Positions 17,669 through 27,068 of a stretch of DNA of 64,000 nucleotides are shown one piece after another. Every line of letters begins with the position of its first letter. Within the stretch, counting starts at the first letter, position 1. The stretch covers positions 312,012-376,011 of the forward strand of contig JAJDCG010000001.1 of the NCBI GenBank assembly GCA_029260965.1, in the 5' to 3' direction. The DNA comes from Candidatus Levyibacteriota bacterium. GTDB lineage: Bacteria; Patescibacteriota; Microgenomatia; Levybacterales; UBA12049. The notes under the pieces were generated by a model. It did no database searches. It saw only the letters and a program-made list of their open reading frames with translations, and was not told where the DNA came from. Made by a program: the position numbers and the translations under genes.

Positions 17669-18361
17669 CTAAGCGTAGTGGGGGTTTATTGATTTGACTG
17701 CAGGGAGAATTTTTTTATCAGCCAGATATTTAAGCATTGCTTTCATAGCAACATATGTAAGTGCAATTCCTGCAGCGAAAACAAGCCTTTCTGTTATTAC
17801 AACAGGGATAAGTCCTTTCCAGACCTCAGCTGGTAGATTAAATGCCCAGATCCAGGCAGCTCCTCCAACTGCATGCTGTGTAAATGTAGCACCAAGTGCT
17901 CTCATATAAAGATTTTTCCTAAAGAAATAAGCAATAAATGGAATTGTCCAGAAAAGAGTAAAGTAAGGAACAGTTCTTCCGATTGGATGGGCTACAAATG
18001 CGATTATTGCAATAAGGGTTACAATGAGTGCAAGTTTTGAATTATTTGTTTTTGTTTTTTCTGACTTTTTGTTTTGAGTTAGCACAGCAAAGTAATAAGT
18101 TGCAAAAAGAACAGGGAAAAGTCTGATGATTGATCCAAGCTCAATTGGGGTTTGTTTGATTATAACGTTAGTTACTTCAACTCCAAGAACTGTCAGTATT
18201 CCAAAAAGTGGCCCAAGGAATGCACCAGCAATTGGAGCAAAGAAGTCAAAAAGAGTAAATGATACATTGCCACCACCAATCAGCTGAGTAAAAGGCATAT
18301 TTAGTCCAGCTAGTCCGAGGATAAAAAAGATACCGATGAATTTTAGCTTGTTGCTTGTCAC
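17669..18361 (-). CDS. Polytopic membrane protein, possible ECF S-component-like vitamin transporter
   Basis: ~6 TM segments, AGAFLGP.FG pattern; GTG start 7 nt after TTGACA-17-TAAAGT promoter. Confidence 0.6.
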   Translation of the reverse strand: MTSNKLKFIGIFFILGLAGLNMPFTQLIGGGNVSFTLFDFFAPIAGAFLGPLFGILTVLGVEVTNVIIKQTPIELGSIIRLFPVLFATYYFAVLTQNKKSEKTKTNNSKLALIVTLIAIIAFVAHPIGRTVPYFTLFWTIPFIAYFFRKNLYMRALGATFTQHAVGGAAWIWAFNLPAEVWKGLIPVVITERLVFAAGIALTYVAMKAMLKYLADKKILPAVKSINPHYA

Positions 18362-18409
18362 GAGGATTACTTTAATATAAATATTTTCTCTTGTCAAGGG
18401 AGAGGGTGG

Positions 18410-18814
18410 TTATTGGTTTTGTTTTTGCTGGTTAATTTTTTTCTGATCTTCAAAAAATTTTACCAACTCAGCTATTATGTCTGTTGCTTCCATTTGAGCT
18501 TTGATGAAGAATCCATCAGCACCTAGGCCGAAGCATTCCTTGATGATGTTGTCCTGTCCCAGATTGGTGAGAAGAAAGATAGGAGTCTTGATTGCAGGAG
18601 ATCCAGGAGCTCGAAGAATTTTTAGCACCTCAATACCGTTCATTTTGGGCATCATTATATCGAGTAGGATAACATCGTATATATTTGATTTTGCCATATT
18701 AACACCTGCTTCTCCATCTTTTGCTAGAGTAATTTCATATCCAGCATTAGAGAATACTCTGTGATAGATATCCTGTATGTAGTGATCGTCTTCAACTAAT
18801 AAGATTTTTTTCAT
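18410..18814 (-). CDS. Single-domain response regulator
   Basis: LLVEDD, LLDIMMPKMNG, LTN, GADGFFIK. Confidence 0.93.
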   Translation of the reverse strand: MKKILLVEDDHYIQDIYHRVFSNAGYEITLAKDGEAGVNMAKSNIYDVILLDIMMPKMNGIEVLKILRAPGSPAIKTPIFLLTNLGQDNIIKECFGLGADGFFIKAQMEATDIIAELVKFFEDQKKINQQKQNQ

Positions 18815-18892
18815 ATATTTATTATTTCAACACAGGCTTTACGTTTTGTCAATTTGTTATTTGGTTGATTCAGCTCTAAATTATTGTGTTAT

Positions 18893-21211
18893 TTAGCTAG
18901 TATTTTTTTTGTTTCGATCTGGGTTTACAAAAAATCCCTTGCTGGAAACGGTAGTTTTACTAGATGTTTTGAAATTGTCAATGTCTTTTTGCGAAGCGAT
19001 AGGTAGTTTAAAAAAGAATGTAGAGCCTTTTCCTACTGTGCTTTCTACCCAGATTTTTCCATCATGGAGATCCAATATAGACTTGGTTATAAAAAGCCCC
19101 AGACCTGTTCCCTTTGATCCCTGCTCAAGCTTACCTCCGACGCGGAAGAATTTGCTAAATAGTCTGGATATTGCAGCCTCTGGTATTCCTTCTCCATTAT
19201 CTGATATTTTTGTCAAGATAAAGTTGTCCTGTTTTTCTACTGAGATAGAAATTTTCCCCTCAGGAGGTGAATAGTTGATGGCATTTGCTACAAGATTAGT
19301 AAATACTTCTATGATTCTAAATTTGTCCAGCAGTACAAGTGGTAAATCTTCTTTTGGTTTCACTAGGGTGATTATTTGTTTTTTCGTTTTTGCTACTTGT
19401 TCCAGGTCTTTGATGGCGATTTCTGCTAGTTCAAGCAGATTGTAGGGTCTTTTGTCCAGTTGGAGTGTGCCTTTTTCTATTCGTGATGCATTGAGAAGGT
19501 TGTCTACCAGGTTGCTGAGATTGGAGGAGCTGTTGATTATTCTAAGCATAAATTCCTTTTGTTCTTCAGTAGCATTTTCCCAGATCTCGTCTTTGAGCAT
19601 CTTAGAATATCCTCTCATGGCAGTAATTGGAGTTCTGAGTTCATGGGCAGCCATAGAAACAAAATCAATTTTCATATTTTCTAATTCTTGTTCCTTTGAT
19701 ATGTCAAAAAATGTGATGATATATCGTATGTCTGAAATAATTTCAGGTTTTATAGCAATAAAAATTGCCTGAATTGTTTTATTTTTTTTACTTGCTGTAT
19801 TAAAGCTTAGGGTTTTTGATATAAGTCCAGATTTTGCGTTTGAACAAAGTTCTCGAATGTTAACATCTAAATCTTTTTCCTGAAATCTTAAAGTATCTTC
19901 AATATTGTGATTGATAATAGATGAGGTTTTTATTTCTAAAATTTCTGAAGAAGCGTTATTCTGTAGGAGTATTTTTAAATTCTTATCTAAGGCTATTACA
20001 CCATCAGCAATGTTGCCAAGAATAGTAGAGAGGGTATCTTTTTCAGCAATTAAAGAATTCCTATCCTGTTTTAGTTTTTGTGCCATTTCGTGATAGTAGG
20101 ATGCTAGTCTTTCTAGCTCATCACCTGTATTAATAGAAAAATCATAGTCGAAATCTCCTTTTCCAATCTGCACAGTTCCTTTTACGAGCTCCTTAATGGG
20201 AGATACGAGTCTTTGTGAGAATAAAAAGCTAAGTAGAAAGGCAAAAGAAAGTGGAAGGGAAAACAAGATGATAGCTTGTCTTTGAATTCTGGATATGTCC
20301 GATGAAATGTCACTAATTGGTTGTTCTGCGACAATTGACCAATCGGTTTTGTTAATTTGAGAAAGAGTAGTTAGCACATCGGTTCCATCAGTATTGGTTG
20401 ACGCATAGGGATCAATTACAGCATCTTTTAGAAGTTCTTTAGATAGTATATCTTTTATTTTTTTGTCTGATTGATTGTTGTTATTTTTGCCAATTTTTGA
20501 ACCATCTGGATGAGCTATTATCTTGCGGTCTCTGTCAATCATATACACATAACCATTTTGTCCAATACTTAGGGAGGTCGCATCATTTCCGAAACGACTA
20601 AGATCTATTTCACCAACAACTACACCGTAGATTTCTCCTGGACTACGTTGGGTAATTTGAAAGCTGGAGAAGGTCAGAAGTGAGCTAGATCGCTCCGGGA
20701 AAACGACGGGCACAGCGATTGTAATTTTTGGTTTATTATTTTTATGAAACATAACATCGCTGATATACTCGTTGCCGTAGCGAAATGTAGTAATTTTAAA
20801 TTCTGGATTTTCTTTAATATTTTTAAGTTCATTTTTAGGATAAATTTTATTTCTTGAAACTTTGACAATCTCATTTCCAGAAGAATCAGCATAAGTAAGT
20901 GTTTCTATGTCTGGGTCCTGTTGTAGGAAGTTTAGCAAGTCTTCTTCTATCAAATTCTCATCCCCACTAAGTATTGCAGCATTTTGAGAATGTGATAGAA
21001 AGCCCAGCAGTTTTGTATTTAGAAAATTTTCTACATTTCTTGCCGCTTCTTGTGTTACAACAATGATATTATTCTCTGAATTATTATATGCAGATTTTTC
21101 AGCATTAAAATACCAGAATGCATTCGAGACCAGGAATGGAAAAATAACTATTAGAAGAGAAAAAATGAGAGTTTTTTCTCTTAGATTTAATTTTGAGAGT
21201 GGTAATTTCAC
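18893..21211 (-). CDS. Membrane sensor histidine kinase (dCache-HAMP-PAS-HisKA-HATPase)
   Basis: Two TMs, TGDELERL HAMP, AHELRTP H-box, NAINYS, DNGEGI, GTGLGL. Confidence 0.95.
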   Translation of the reverse strand: MKLPLSKLNLREKTLIFSLLIVIFPFLVSNAFWYFNAEKSAYNNSENNIIVVTQEAARNVENFLNTKLLGFLSHSQNAAILSGDENLIEEDLLNFLQQDPDIETLTYADSSGNEIVKVSRNKIYPKNELKNIKENPEFKITTFRYGNEYISDVMFHKNNKPKITIAVPVVFPERSSSLLTFSSFQITQRSPGEIYGVVVGEIDLSRFGNDATSLSIGQNGYVYMIDRDRKIIAHPDGSKIGKNNNNQSDKKIKDILSKELLKDAVIDPYASTNTDGTDVLTTLSQINKTDWSIVAEQPISDISSDISRIQRQAIILFSLPLSFAFLLSFLFSQRLVSPIKELVKGTVQIGKGDFDYDFSINTGDELERLASYYHEMAQKLKQDRNSLIAEKDTLSTILGNIADGVIALDKNLKILLQNNASSEILEIKTSSIINHNIEDTLRFQEKDLDVNIRELCSNAKSGLISKTLSFNTASKKNKTIQAIFIAIKPEIISDIRYIITFFDISKEQELENMKIDFVSMAAHELRTPITAMRGYSKMLKDEIWENATEEQKEFMLRIINSSSNLSNLVDNLLNASRIEKGTLQLDKRPYNLLELAEIAIKDLEQVAKTKKQIITLVKPKEDLPLVLLDKFRIIEVFTNLVANAINYSPPEGKISISVEKQDNFILTKISDNGEGIPEAAISRLFSKFFRVGGKLEQGSKGTGLGLFITKSILDLHDGKIWVESTVGKGSTFFFKLPIASQKDIDNFKTSSKTTVSSKGFFVNPDRNKKNTS

Positions 21212-21250
21212 GCGATTACTCTTATCGTAGCATATGGTAGGTGGTGATTG

Positions 21251-21270
21251 ACAAGTATAAAAATACTTGT
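21251..21270. promoter_or_regulatory. Perfect 8-bp inverted repeat overlapping divergent promoters (putative operator)
   Basis: ACAAGTAT-AAAA-ATACTTGT overlapping TTGACA -35 and spacer. Confidence 0.5.
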
Positions 21271-21328
21271 TATTAATATATTAACCTATTGATTTGCATT
21301 CGTTCTGTTAGAGAGTAGGAGCAAAATT

Positions 21329-21940
21329 ATGAAAAATCACAAAAAGTCATCCATTTTTTCAATAATTTTAGTTATAACATTACTGGTTGTTTCATTTTTG
21401 CTCTATGTAAAGTCAAATGAAGTAAAGGAGCTTGAGAGACAAAATATTGCAGAGGCCACAATTCAGCTACCTAGAGATGCTATAAAACTTTCTGGATGTG
21501 TTCCATTTATGGGTGAACATTGGGCAGTGCCCGAGGATCTTCCTTTTGGTCCGACTTATTTGGTCAATAATAATCAGGTTATCGGAATTGAATATATGTT
21601 CAGGATGAATGAGATACCGGGTGAATTCTTGGCAAATGCTGATTCTGTGACTGCACAGCACCATTTGCAAGAAAATAATTTGGGGCTTTCTGACATAGTT
21701 GAGCATACTTTTACATTCCCATTGAGCAATCTGAAGTATAAATTTGCTGCACTAGACTGGTCAGCTCCCCATGCAGGTTTTGTGGAGCCTCATTTTGATA
21801 TGCATTTTTACCTCATAGATAAAGAGGAAGCCAAAACAGTTTGTCCAGACTCAACTCTTCTCGATGTTCAGAGCCCAGAGTTGGAGCAGATGCTTCAAGA
21901 AAATTCTGTTCCTTATATACCACTTCCACAAGACCAGTAA
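21329..21940 (+). CDS. Membrane-anchored protein, DUF5602/TTHB210-like His-motif domain
   Basis: N-terminal TM, CVPFMGEHW, PHAGFVEPHFDMHFY; AGGAG SD. Confidence 0.7.
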   Translation: MKNHKKSSIFSIILVITLLVVSFLLYVKSNEVKELERQNIAEATIQLPRDAIKLSGCVPFMGEHWAVPEDLPFGPTYLVNNNQVIGIEYMFRMNEIPGEFLANADSVTAQHHLQENNLGLSDIVEHTFTFPLSNLKYKFAALDWSAPHAGFVEPHFDMHFYLIDKEEAKTVCPDSTLLDVQSPELEQMLQENSVPYIPLPQDQ

Positions 21941-21945
21941 TGTTT

Positions 21946-22134
21946 TTATTGGATATTAGTTTTTTTCATTGAAAGATAAACATTTGTTGCATCAAAAAAT
22001 TCCTCCAAGTGTCCTTTGTCAACTGAAACATGCACTATATTTGCCTCTGGTACATTTTCTCCATAAACAACCAGGTCAACATGTTTATTAAATTTTTTAG
22101 CACTATCAGCAGTAAATTTGTATTTTGTTTTCAT
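21946..22134 (-). pseudogene. Short ORF, possibly a truncated cupin-domain gene
   Basis: 62 aa MKTKYKFTADSAKKF...KGHLEEFFD resembles a cupin N-terminus then ends; starts right after secA stop. Confidence 0.35.
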
Positions 22135-22138
22135 ATAT

Positions 22139-24925
22139 TTATCCAATCTCAGGATAATGGCATTTTTTGAATTTTTTACTACTTCCACACCAGCAGGGAT
22201 CGTTGCGGCCTAGTTTTTTCTGCGATTTGGCTACGTTTTGTTTTTTTGTATCTGTTGAGATCTCACTGGCTGGCGTGTTGGTCGTGGCGTGATCTGTATG
22301 TTTTGGTAGATCTGGAAGGACGCTTGTTGCTTTAGTAGGGGAAATTTTTGCATTATCAGCGTTAGTTTGGGCATGGGTTGGTCCTGGATGAACGGATCCG
22401 TCTTCGTGCGTATGTGTTTGTTGTTGGACCTGTACTTTATAGATTCTATGAACTATCTCATCATCAATTGAGCTCATGAGATTTTCAAACATTTTAAATC
22501 CTTCATTTTTATACTCAACTAACGGATCTTTTTGGGCATAACCCCTCAGGCCGATTCCTCCCCGTAGGCTATCCATAGCATCTAGATGATTCATCCAGAG
22601 TTTGTCTATAGTTCCCAGCATCACAAATTTTTCAACCCGTCTCATCAGTTCTCCTCCAAGTTGATTCTCTTTTTGTCTGTAAAGATCGTTGGCAATTTTT
22701 TTCAGGAATTCTATTTTTTCCTCTGCTGAGCCTGCTTGCTGGAGTTGCGTTATCAATTGTTTTTGTGAAGCAGGATCAAATGGAATTATGATGGTGAAAT
22801 CTGTCACGATAGCTTCATTTATGTTATCGAGTTTTTCTGGATCAGAAGCGGCTCGATTTACGATCATGCTGATTGCAGACTCGATTCTTTCCTGTACCTC
22901 TTCTTTTAGGGCTGTATCTTTTTCTATTTCTGATTCAAGCACTTTTCGTCTGAGATCATAGATTATTTCTCTTTGTTTATTGAGAACATCATCGTATTCA
23001 ACAAGGTGTTTTCTGGTATCAAAATTGAATCCTTCTACTTTGACCTGTGCATTTTCAATTGATTTGGAAACGAGTGGGTGTTCAAGTGGTACATCCTCTG
23101 GCATATTAAATCTGGTCATGATACTGGCGACTCGGTCTCCACCAAAGATTCTCATTATCTCATCATCAAGCGCGACAAAAAATTTGGATGCACCAGGATC
23201 ACCCTGACGGCCTGAACGGCCTCTGAGCTGATTATCAATACGTCTTGATTCGTGTCTCTCAGTCCCTATGACGTATAGTCCACCGAGTTTTTTTACCTCA
23301 TCATGTTCTTTTTTCCATTTTTTGTACTCTGGAGAATTTTGTTTTGTTGAACCATCTGCTTTTTTAGGTGGTTCTCCGCCTAGAACTATATCAACTCCAC
23401 GACCCGCCATGTTGGTTGCCACTGTCACAGCGCCTATTTTGCCTGCATCGGCGATGATCTCTGCCTCTCTCAAATGGTTTTTGGCATTTAACAGTTCAAA
23501 TCTTATCTTCCGTCTTTTGAGAAATTCTCCTATGATCTCATTTTTTTCAATAGAAGTTGTGCCGATTAGTATTGGTTGACCAGTTTTGTGTACCGCCTCT
23601 ATTTCTGAGACAACAGCCGATATTTTGGCGCGTCCTGTTTTATAAACAGCATCTGAATTATCAATTCTGGCGAGGGGATTATTGGTGGGAATTACAACTA
23701 CATCCAGGTTGTAGATTTTGCGGAACTCCTCAGACTCTGTAACAGCAGTACCAGTCATGCCAGCGAGTATTTCATACATGCGGAAATAATTCTGTAGCGA
23801 TACAGTTGCAAGCGTTTTTGACTCGCGTTGAATGGCTACATTTTCTTTTGCCTCAATCGCTTGATGGATTCCGTCTGAGAGACGTCTACCCTCCATGAGT
23901 CGTCCTGTGAATTCATCAACTAGTATTACTTGATTATCTTTGACTATGTAGTCTTTCTCTTTTTTAAAAAGAGTACGAGCTTTTAGTGCTGCCTCCAGGT
24001 GATATACGGTATCAAAATCTTTTTCATAAATATCTTTGACACCGTAAAGTTTTTCAATTTTTCCAATTCCATGATCTGTGAGGTGAACAGTGCGGAGTTT
24101 TTCATCAATGTTATAGTCAGTATCTGATGAAAGTTTGTCTACGACTTTAGCATATTCATAATAACGTGCAGATGGTGATTCGTCAGGTGCTGAGATGATG
24201 TGGGGAGTACGCGCTTCATCAATAAGCACAGAGTCTACTTCATCAACGACCGCGAAGTAGTAGCCTCTCTGCCTAAGATTTTTGACTTCATTTTCCATGT
24301 TGTCCCTGAGGTAATCAAAACCAAATTCTGAGTTAATGCCATATGTTACGTCAGCAGAATATGCTTCTTTTCTTGATATGGGTTTTAAGTGTGCAAGTTT
24401 GAAATCTTTGGCATTCTTGTCATTAAATTTAGAATCGTAAATGAAAGATTCATTGTTGATAATTGATGAGACACTTATGCCAAGTAGGTCAAAAACAGGA
24501 CCCATCCAACCTGCATCACGACGTGCTAGATAATCGTTGACAGTAACAAGATGAACACCCTTGCCAGTTAGTGCATGGAGATATAAGGCGGGAAGAGCAG
24601 ATAGGGTTTTGCCTTCACCTGTTTTTTGCTCAGCTATCTTACCTTGTGACAGAACAACTGCTGCCATAATCTGGACATCAAAATGTCTCATGCCCACGGC
24701 TCGTAGGGATGCTTCACGAACGAGAGCAAATGCCTCAGGTAGTATGTCCTCAAGCCTTTCATTTCTGGAAACTCTTTTTTTGAACTCTTCTGTTTTTTTG
24801 GGGAAATCAGTATCCTTCAATTTTTGCATTTTTGGTTCAAGCGATGCTACCTGGTCAACGATTGGCTGAAGGCCTGAAACCTCGCGGTTATTGGAATCAA
24901 AGAGCTTATTTAATATGCCTAGCAT
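22139..24925 (-). CDS. secA: Preprotein translocase ATPase SecA
   Basis: KTGEGKT, VTVNDYLA.RD, DEVDSVLIDEARTP, TNMAGRG.DI, RRIDNQLRGRSGRQGDPG, GRNDPCWCGS. Confidence 0.99.
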   Translation of the reverse strand: MLGILNKLFDSNNREVSGLQPIVDQVASLEPKMQKLKDTDFPKKTEEFKKRVSRNERLEDILPEAFALVREASLRAVGMRHFDVQIMAAVVLSQGKIAEQKTGEGKTLSALPALYLHALTGKGVHLVTVNDYLARRDAGWMGPVFDLLGISVSSIINNESFIYDSKFNDKNAKDFKLAHLKPISRKEAYSADVTYGINSEFGFDYLRDNMENEVKNLRQRGYYFAVVDEVDSVLIDEARTPHIISAPDESPSARYYEYAKVVDKLSSDTDYNIDEKLRTVHLTDHGIGKIEKLYGVKDIYEKDFDTVYHLEAALKARTLFKKEKDYIVKDNQVILVDEFTGRLMEGRRLSDGIHQAIEAKENVAIQRESKTLATVSLQNYFRMYEILAGMTGTAVTESEEFRKIYNLDVVVIPTNNPLARIDNSDAVYKTGRAKISAVVSEIEAVHKTGQPILIGTTSIEKNEIIGEFLKRRKIRFELLNAKNHLREAEIIADAGKIGAVTVATNMAGRGVDIVLGGEPPKKADGSTKQNSPEYKKWKKEHDEVKKLGGLYVIGTERHESRRIDNQLRGRSGRQGDPGASKFFVALDDEIMRIFGGDRVASIMTRFNMPEDVPLEHPLVSKSIENAQVKVEGFNFDTRKHLVEYDDVLNKQREIIYDLRRKVLESEIEKDTALKEEVQERIESAISMIVNRAASDPEKLDNINEAIVTDFTIIIPFDPASQKQLITQLQQAGSAEEKIEFLKKIANDLYRQKENQLGGELMRRVEKFVMLGTIDKLWMNHLDAMDSLRGGIGLRGYAQKDPLVEYKNEGFKMFENLMSSIDDEIVHRIYKVQVQQQTHTHEDGSVHPGPTHAQTNADNAKISPTKATSVLPDLPKHTDHATTNTPASEISTDTKKQNVAKSQKKLGRNDPCWCGSSKKFKKCHYPEIG

Positions 24926-24936
24926 GGTTTTTGTTT

Positions 24937-25022
24937 TGTCATCCTGAGTAGCGCGAAGGATCTAAGCTAAACAATGTTTTTGTAGAGATTCACCTCTCTC
25001 GCTAAGCGGGATCAGAATGACA
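24937..25022. repeat. Palindromic REP-like (CGTC/TGTC-tagged) stem-loop element in secA leader
   Basis: Ends TGTCATCCTGA...TCAGAATGACA with inner GGATCT/AGATTC arms. Confidence 0.75.
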
Positions 25023-25063
25023 ATGCGTATTTAATATTAGCATATACTAGGCTCATAAACAAG

Positions 25064-25094
25064 AAAAACCCCTCACCTGATCAGGTGAGGGGTT
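25064..25094 (-). terminator. Intrinsic terminator after micro-gene
   Basis: Perfect 28-bp palindrome AACCCCTCACCTGATCAGGTGAGGGGTT plus T-run on minus strand. Confidence 0.85.
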
Positions 25095-25100
25095 AATAGG

Positions 25101-25142
25101 TTACTTTTTTTTAGCTTTTTTAGCTTTTTTCTTTGCTGGCAT
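25101..25142 (-). CDS. 13-aa Lys-rich micro-peptide MPAKKKAKKAKKK
   Basis: GGAGGTG SD 7 nt upstream of ATG, TAA stop, terminator 6 nt downstream, promoter-like TGACA boxes upstream. Confidence 0.7.
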   Translation of the reverse strand: MPAKKKAKKAKKK

Positions 25143-25318
25143 GAAGAATCACCTCCCTTTGATTTATTTCGCAAATTTATGAAATAAATATTAATATAAT
25201 AGTCGTTTTTTGTCAGATTATTGTCAAGAAAATAGCGAGCTTCAAAAAAGGGGATTTGGATTGATTTGAAGCCAAAAATCACGAATGAGAATTATTTTTT
25301 TTAATATTTTTATTTTAC

Positions 25319-26575
25319 TTATTCTCCAATACTAATCTTCTCTTTGCCCATGTATTTCTGGAGAATTTTGGGGATAATAATTGATCCGTCTTCCTGCTGG
25401 TAGTTTTCAAGAATTGCAACTAGCGTTCTACCAATTGCGAACACGGTTCCATTTAGGACATGTGCGTATAATTTTTCTGATCCGTCAGTATATTTTATGT
25501 TTAATCTACGGGACTGAAAATCAGTAACTGTTGATACAGATGTTACCTCGCGGTATTTGTCTTGAGAGGGGATCCATGCCTCCAGATCATACTTGCGTGC
25601 AGCAGGAAAGCCTAGGTCTCCTGTACACATTTTTACTACTTGATATGGAATTTCTAAGGCTTGGAACAGCTTCTCCTCAATGCTTAATAAAAATTCTTGC
25701 TCTTGGTCATCTTTGCCATCTGTAACAAATGAGACCATTTCTAGCTTATCAAATTGATGAACCCTGAGGATGCCCCGCGTGTCTTTACCGTATGATCCTG
25801 CTTCTCGTCTAAAAGCAGATGAGAAAGCAAGATATCTCTTTGGCATCTCTTTTAGGTTTATCAGATCGTCTTTATGCATTGGGACGATTGAGTGCTCGGC
25901 AGTTCCGACGAGAAATAATCCGTCTTCTTTGAGTTGAAACATATCTTCCTCACCACCATTTTCCATATATCCTAGACCCTTCATGATATCGTCCTTTATC
26001 ATGGTAGGCGGTATCACCAGGCTAAACCCTTCTTTTGTTAGCTCTGCAATGGCGAATTGGATTAGCGCGAATTCCAATAGTGCGGCGTCATTTTTGAGAT
26101 ATGCAAATCTGCTACCAGAGACTTTCGCAGCACTTTCTACATTTATAATGTTAAGACTTTTTCCGAGCTCTAGGTGATCCAGTGGTTTGAAGTCAAACTT
26201 TTTGGGTTTACCCCAGGTTTTGACTACATCATTTTCTGATTCGTCTTTTCCAATTTTGACATCCTCTTTTGCAGGGTTTGGGATTTGCAACAGGAGTGCG
26301 GTAAGCTTTTCATTTAGTGCATGATACTGATCGTCTAATTCTATATATTTTTCTTTAGCCTTTTTCCCTTCTTCTATTTGTTCAGGTGTTGGTTTTCCAG
26401 TAATTGATTTATTTATTTTGTTTCGTTTTTCTGCAATTTCTTGTAAATTTTTCTGTGCTTCACGTTTTTTATTATCTAATTCTAGAATTTTTTTTATATC
26501 AATATCAATTTTTTTATCTTTTGCAGCTTTTTGTATCTTCTCAGGATTGTCGCGGACTAATTTAATATCAAACAT
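25319..26575 (-). CDS. serS: Serine--tRNA ligase
   Basis: GTAEH, FRREAGSYGKDTRG..RVHQF.KLE, YDLEAWIP, HVLNGT. Confidence 0.98.
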   Translation of the reverse strand: MFDIKLVRDNPEKIQKAAKDKKIDIDIKKILELDNKKREAQKNLQEIAEKRNKINKSITGKPTPEQIEEGKKAKEKYIELDDQYHALNEKLTALLLQIPNPAKEDVKIGKDESENDVVKTWGKPKKFDFKPLDHLELGKSLNIINVESAAKVSGSRFAYLKNDAALLEFALIQFAIAELTKEGFSLVIPPTMIKDDIMKGLGYMENGGEEDMFQLKEDGLFLVGTAEHSIVPMHKDDLINLKEMPKRYLAFSSAFRREAGSYGKDTRGILRVHQFDKLEMVSFVTDGKDDQEQEFLLSIEEKLFQALEIPYQVVKMCTGDLGFPAARKYDLEAWIPSQDKYREVTSVSTVTDFQSRRLNIKYTDGSEKLYAHVLNGTVFAIGRTLVAILENYQQEDGSIIIPKILQKYMGKEKISIGE

Positions 26576-26663
26576 AATTTAAGAATATCATATGGGTACC
26601 AAGAGTGTCACAAGTACCATGGATAAGGAGATTATATATTTTTATCTATGGATTGGCAATTTG

Positions 26664-27026
26664 TTATTTTAATTTTTTGGGGGAAGCTTTCTTCTTCGTA
26701 GAAGTTTTTGCTTTTACTGTTTTTGTTTTGGAGGCAGGTTTTACCTTTTGAGTTTTAGATGCGGGAGCTGTTTTTTTTGCAACTGGTGCTGATTTTCCAA
26801 TTAATTTTGACAGGGAAGATTTGAGCCTTGAAGATTTATTTTTATGAATTATGTTTGACTTTACAGCCTTGTCAAGCGCTTTGTAGGCCTCATTTAGGCT
26901 TTTGGGTGATTTTGTTTCACGTGCTGTTTTAACAGCTTTTTTGAAAGCTTCTTTTACCTTCTTGTTTCTAACTGTTCTTTTCTTATCCTGCTTGAGCTTT
27001 TTCTTTGCGTGTTTTAGGATTGGCAT
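26664..27026 (-). CDS. rpsT: 30S ribosomal protein S20 with Lys-rich C-terminal tail
   Basis: AKKKLKQD.KR..RN, LDKAVK.NIIHKNKSSRLKS. Confidence 0.95.
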   Translation of the reverse strand: MPILKHAKKKLKQDKKRTVRNKKVKEAFKKAVKTARETKSPKSLNEAYKALDKAVKSNIIHKNKSSRLKSSLSKLIGKSAPVAKKTAPASKTQKVKPASKTKTVKAKTSTKKKASPKKLK

Positions 27027-27068
27027 ATAAGTATTTTACCATGATATACTTGTAAATACAATAAATTT

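Noticed and set aside
25073-25282. 69-aa ORF from the track
   Set aside because: Crosses the promoter, SD and terminator of the better-supported 13-aa gene in another frame
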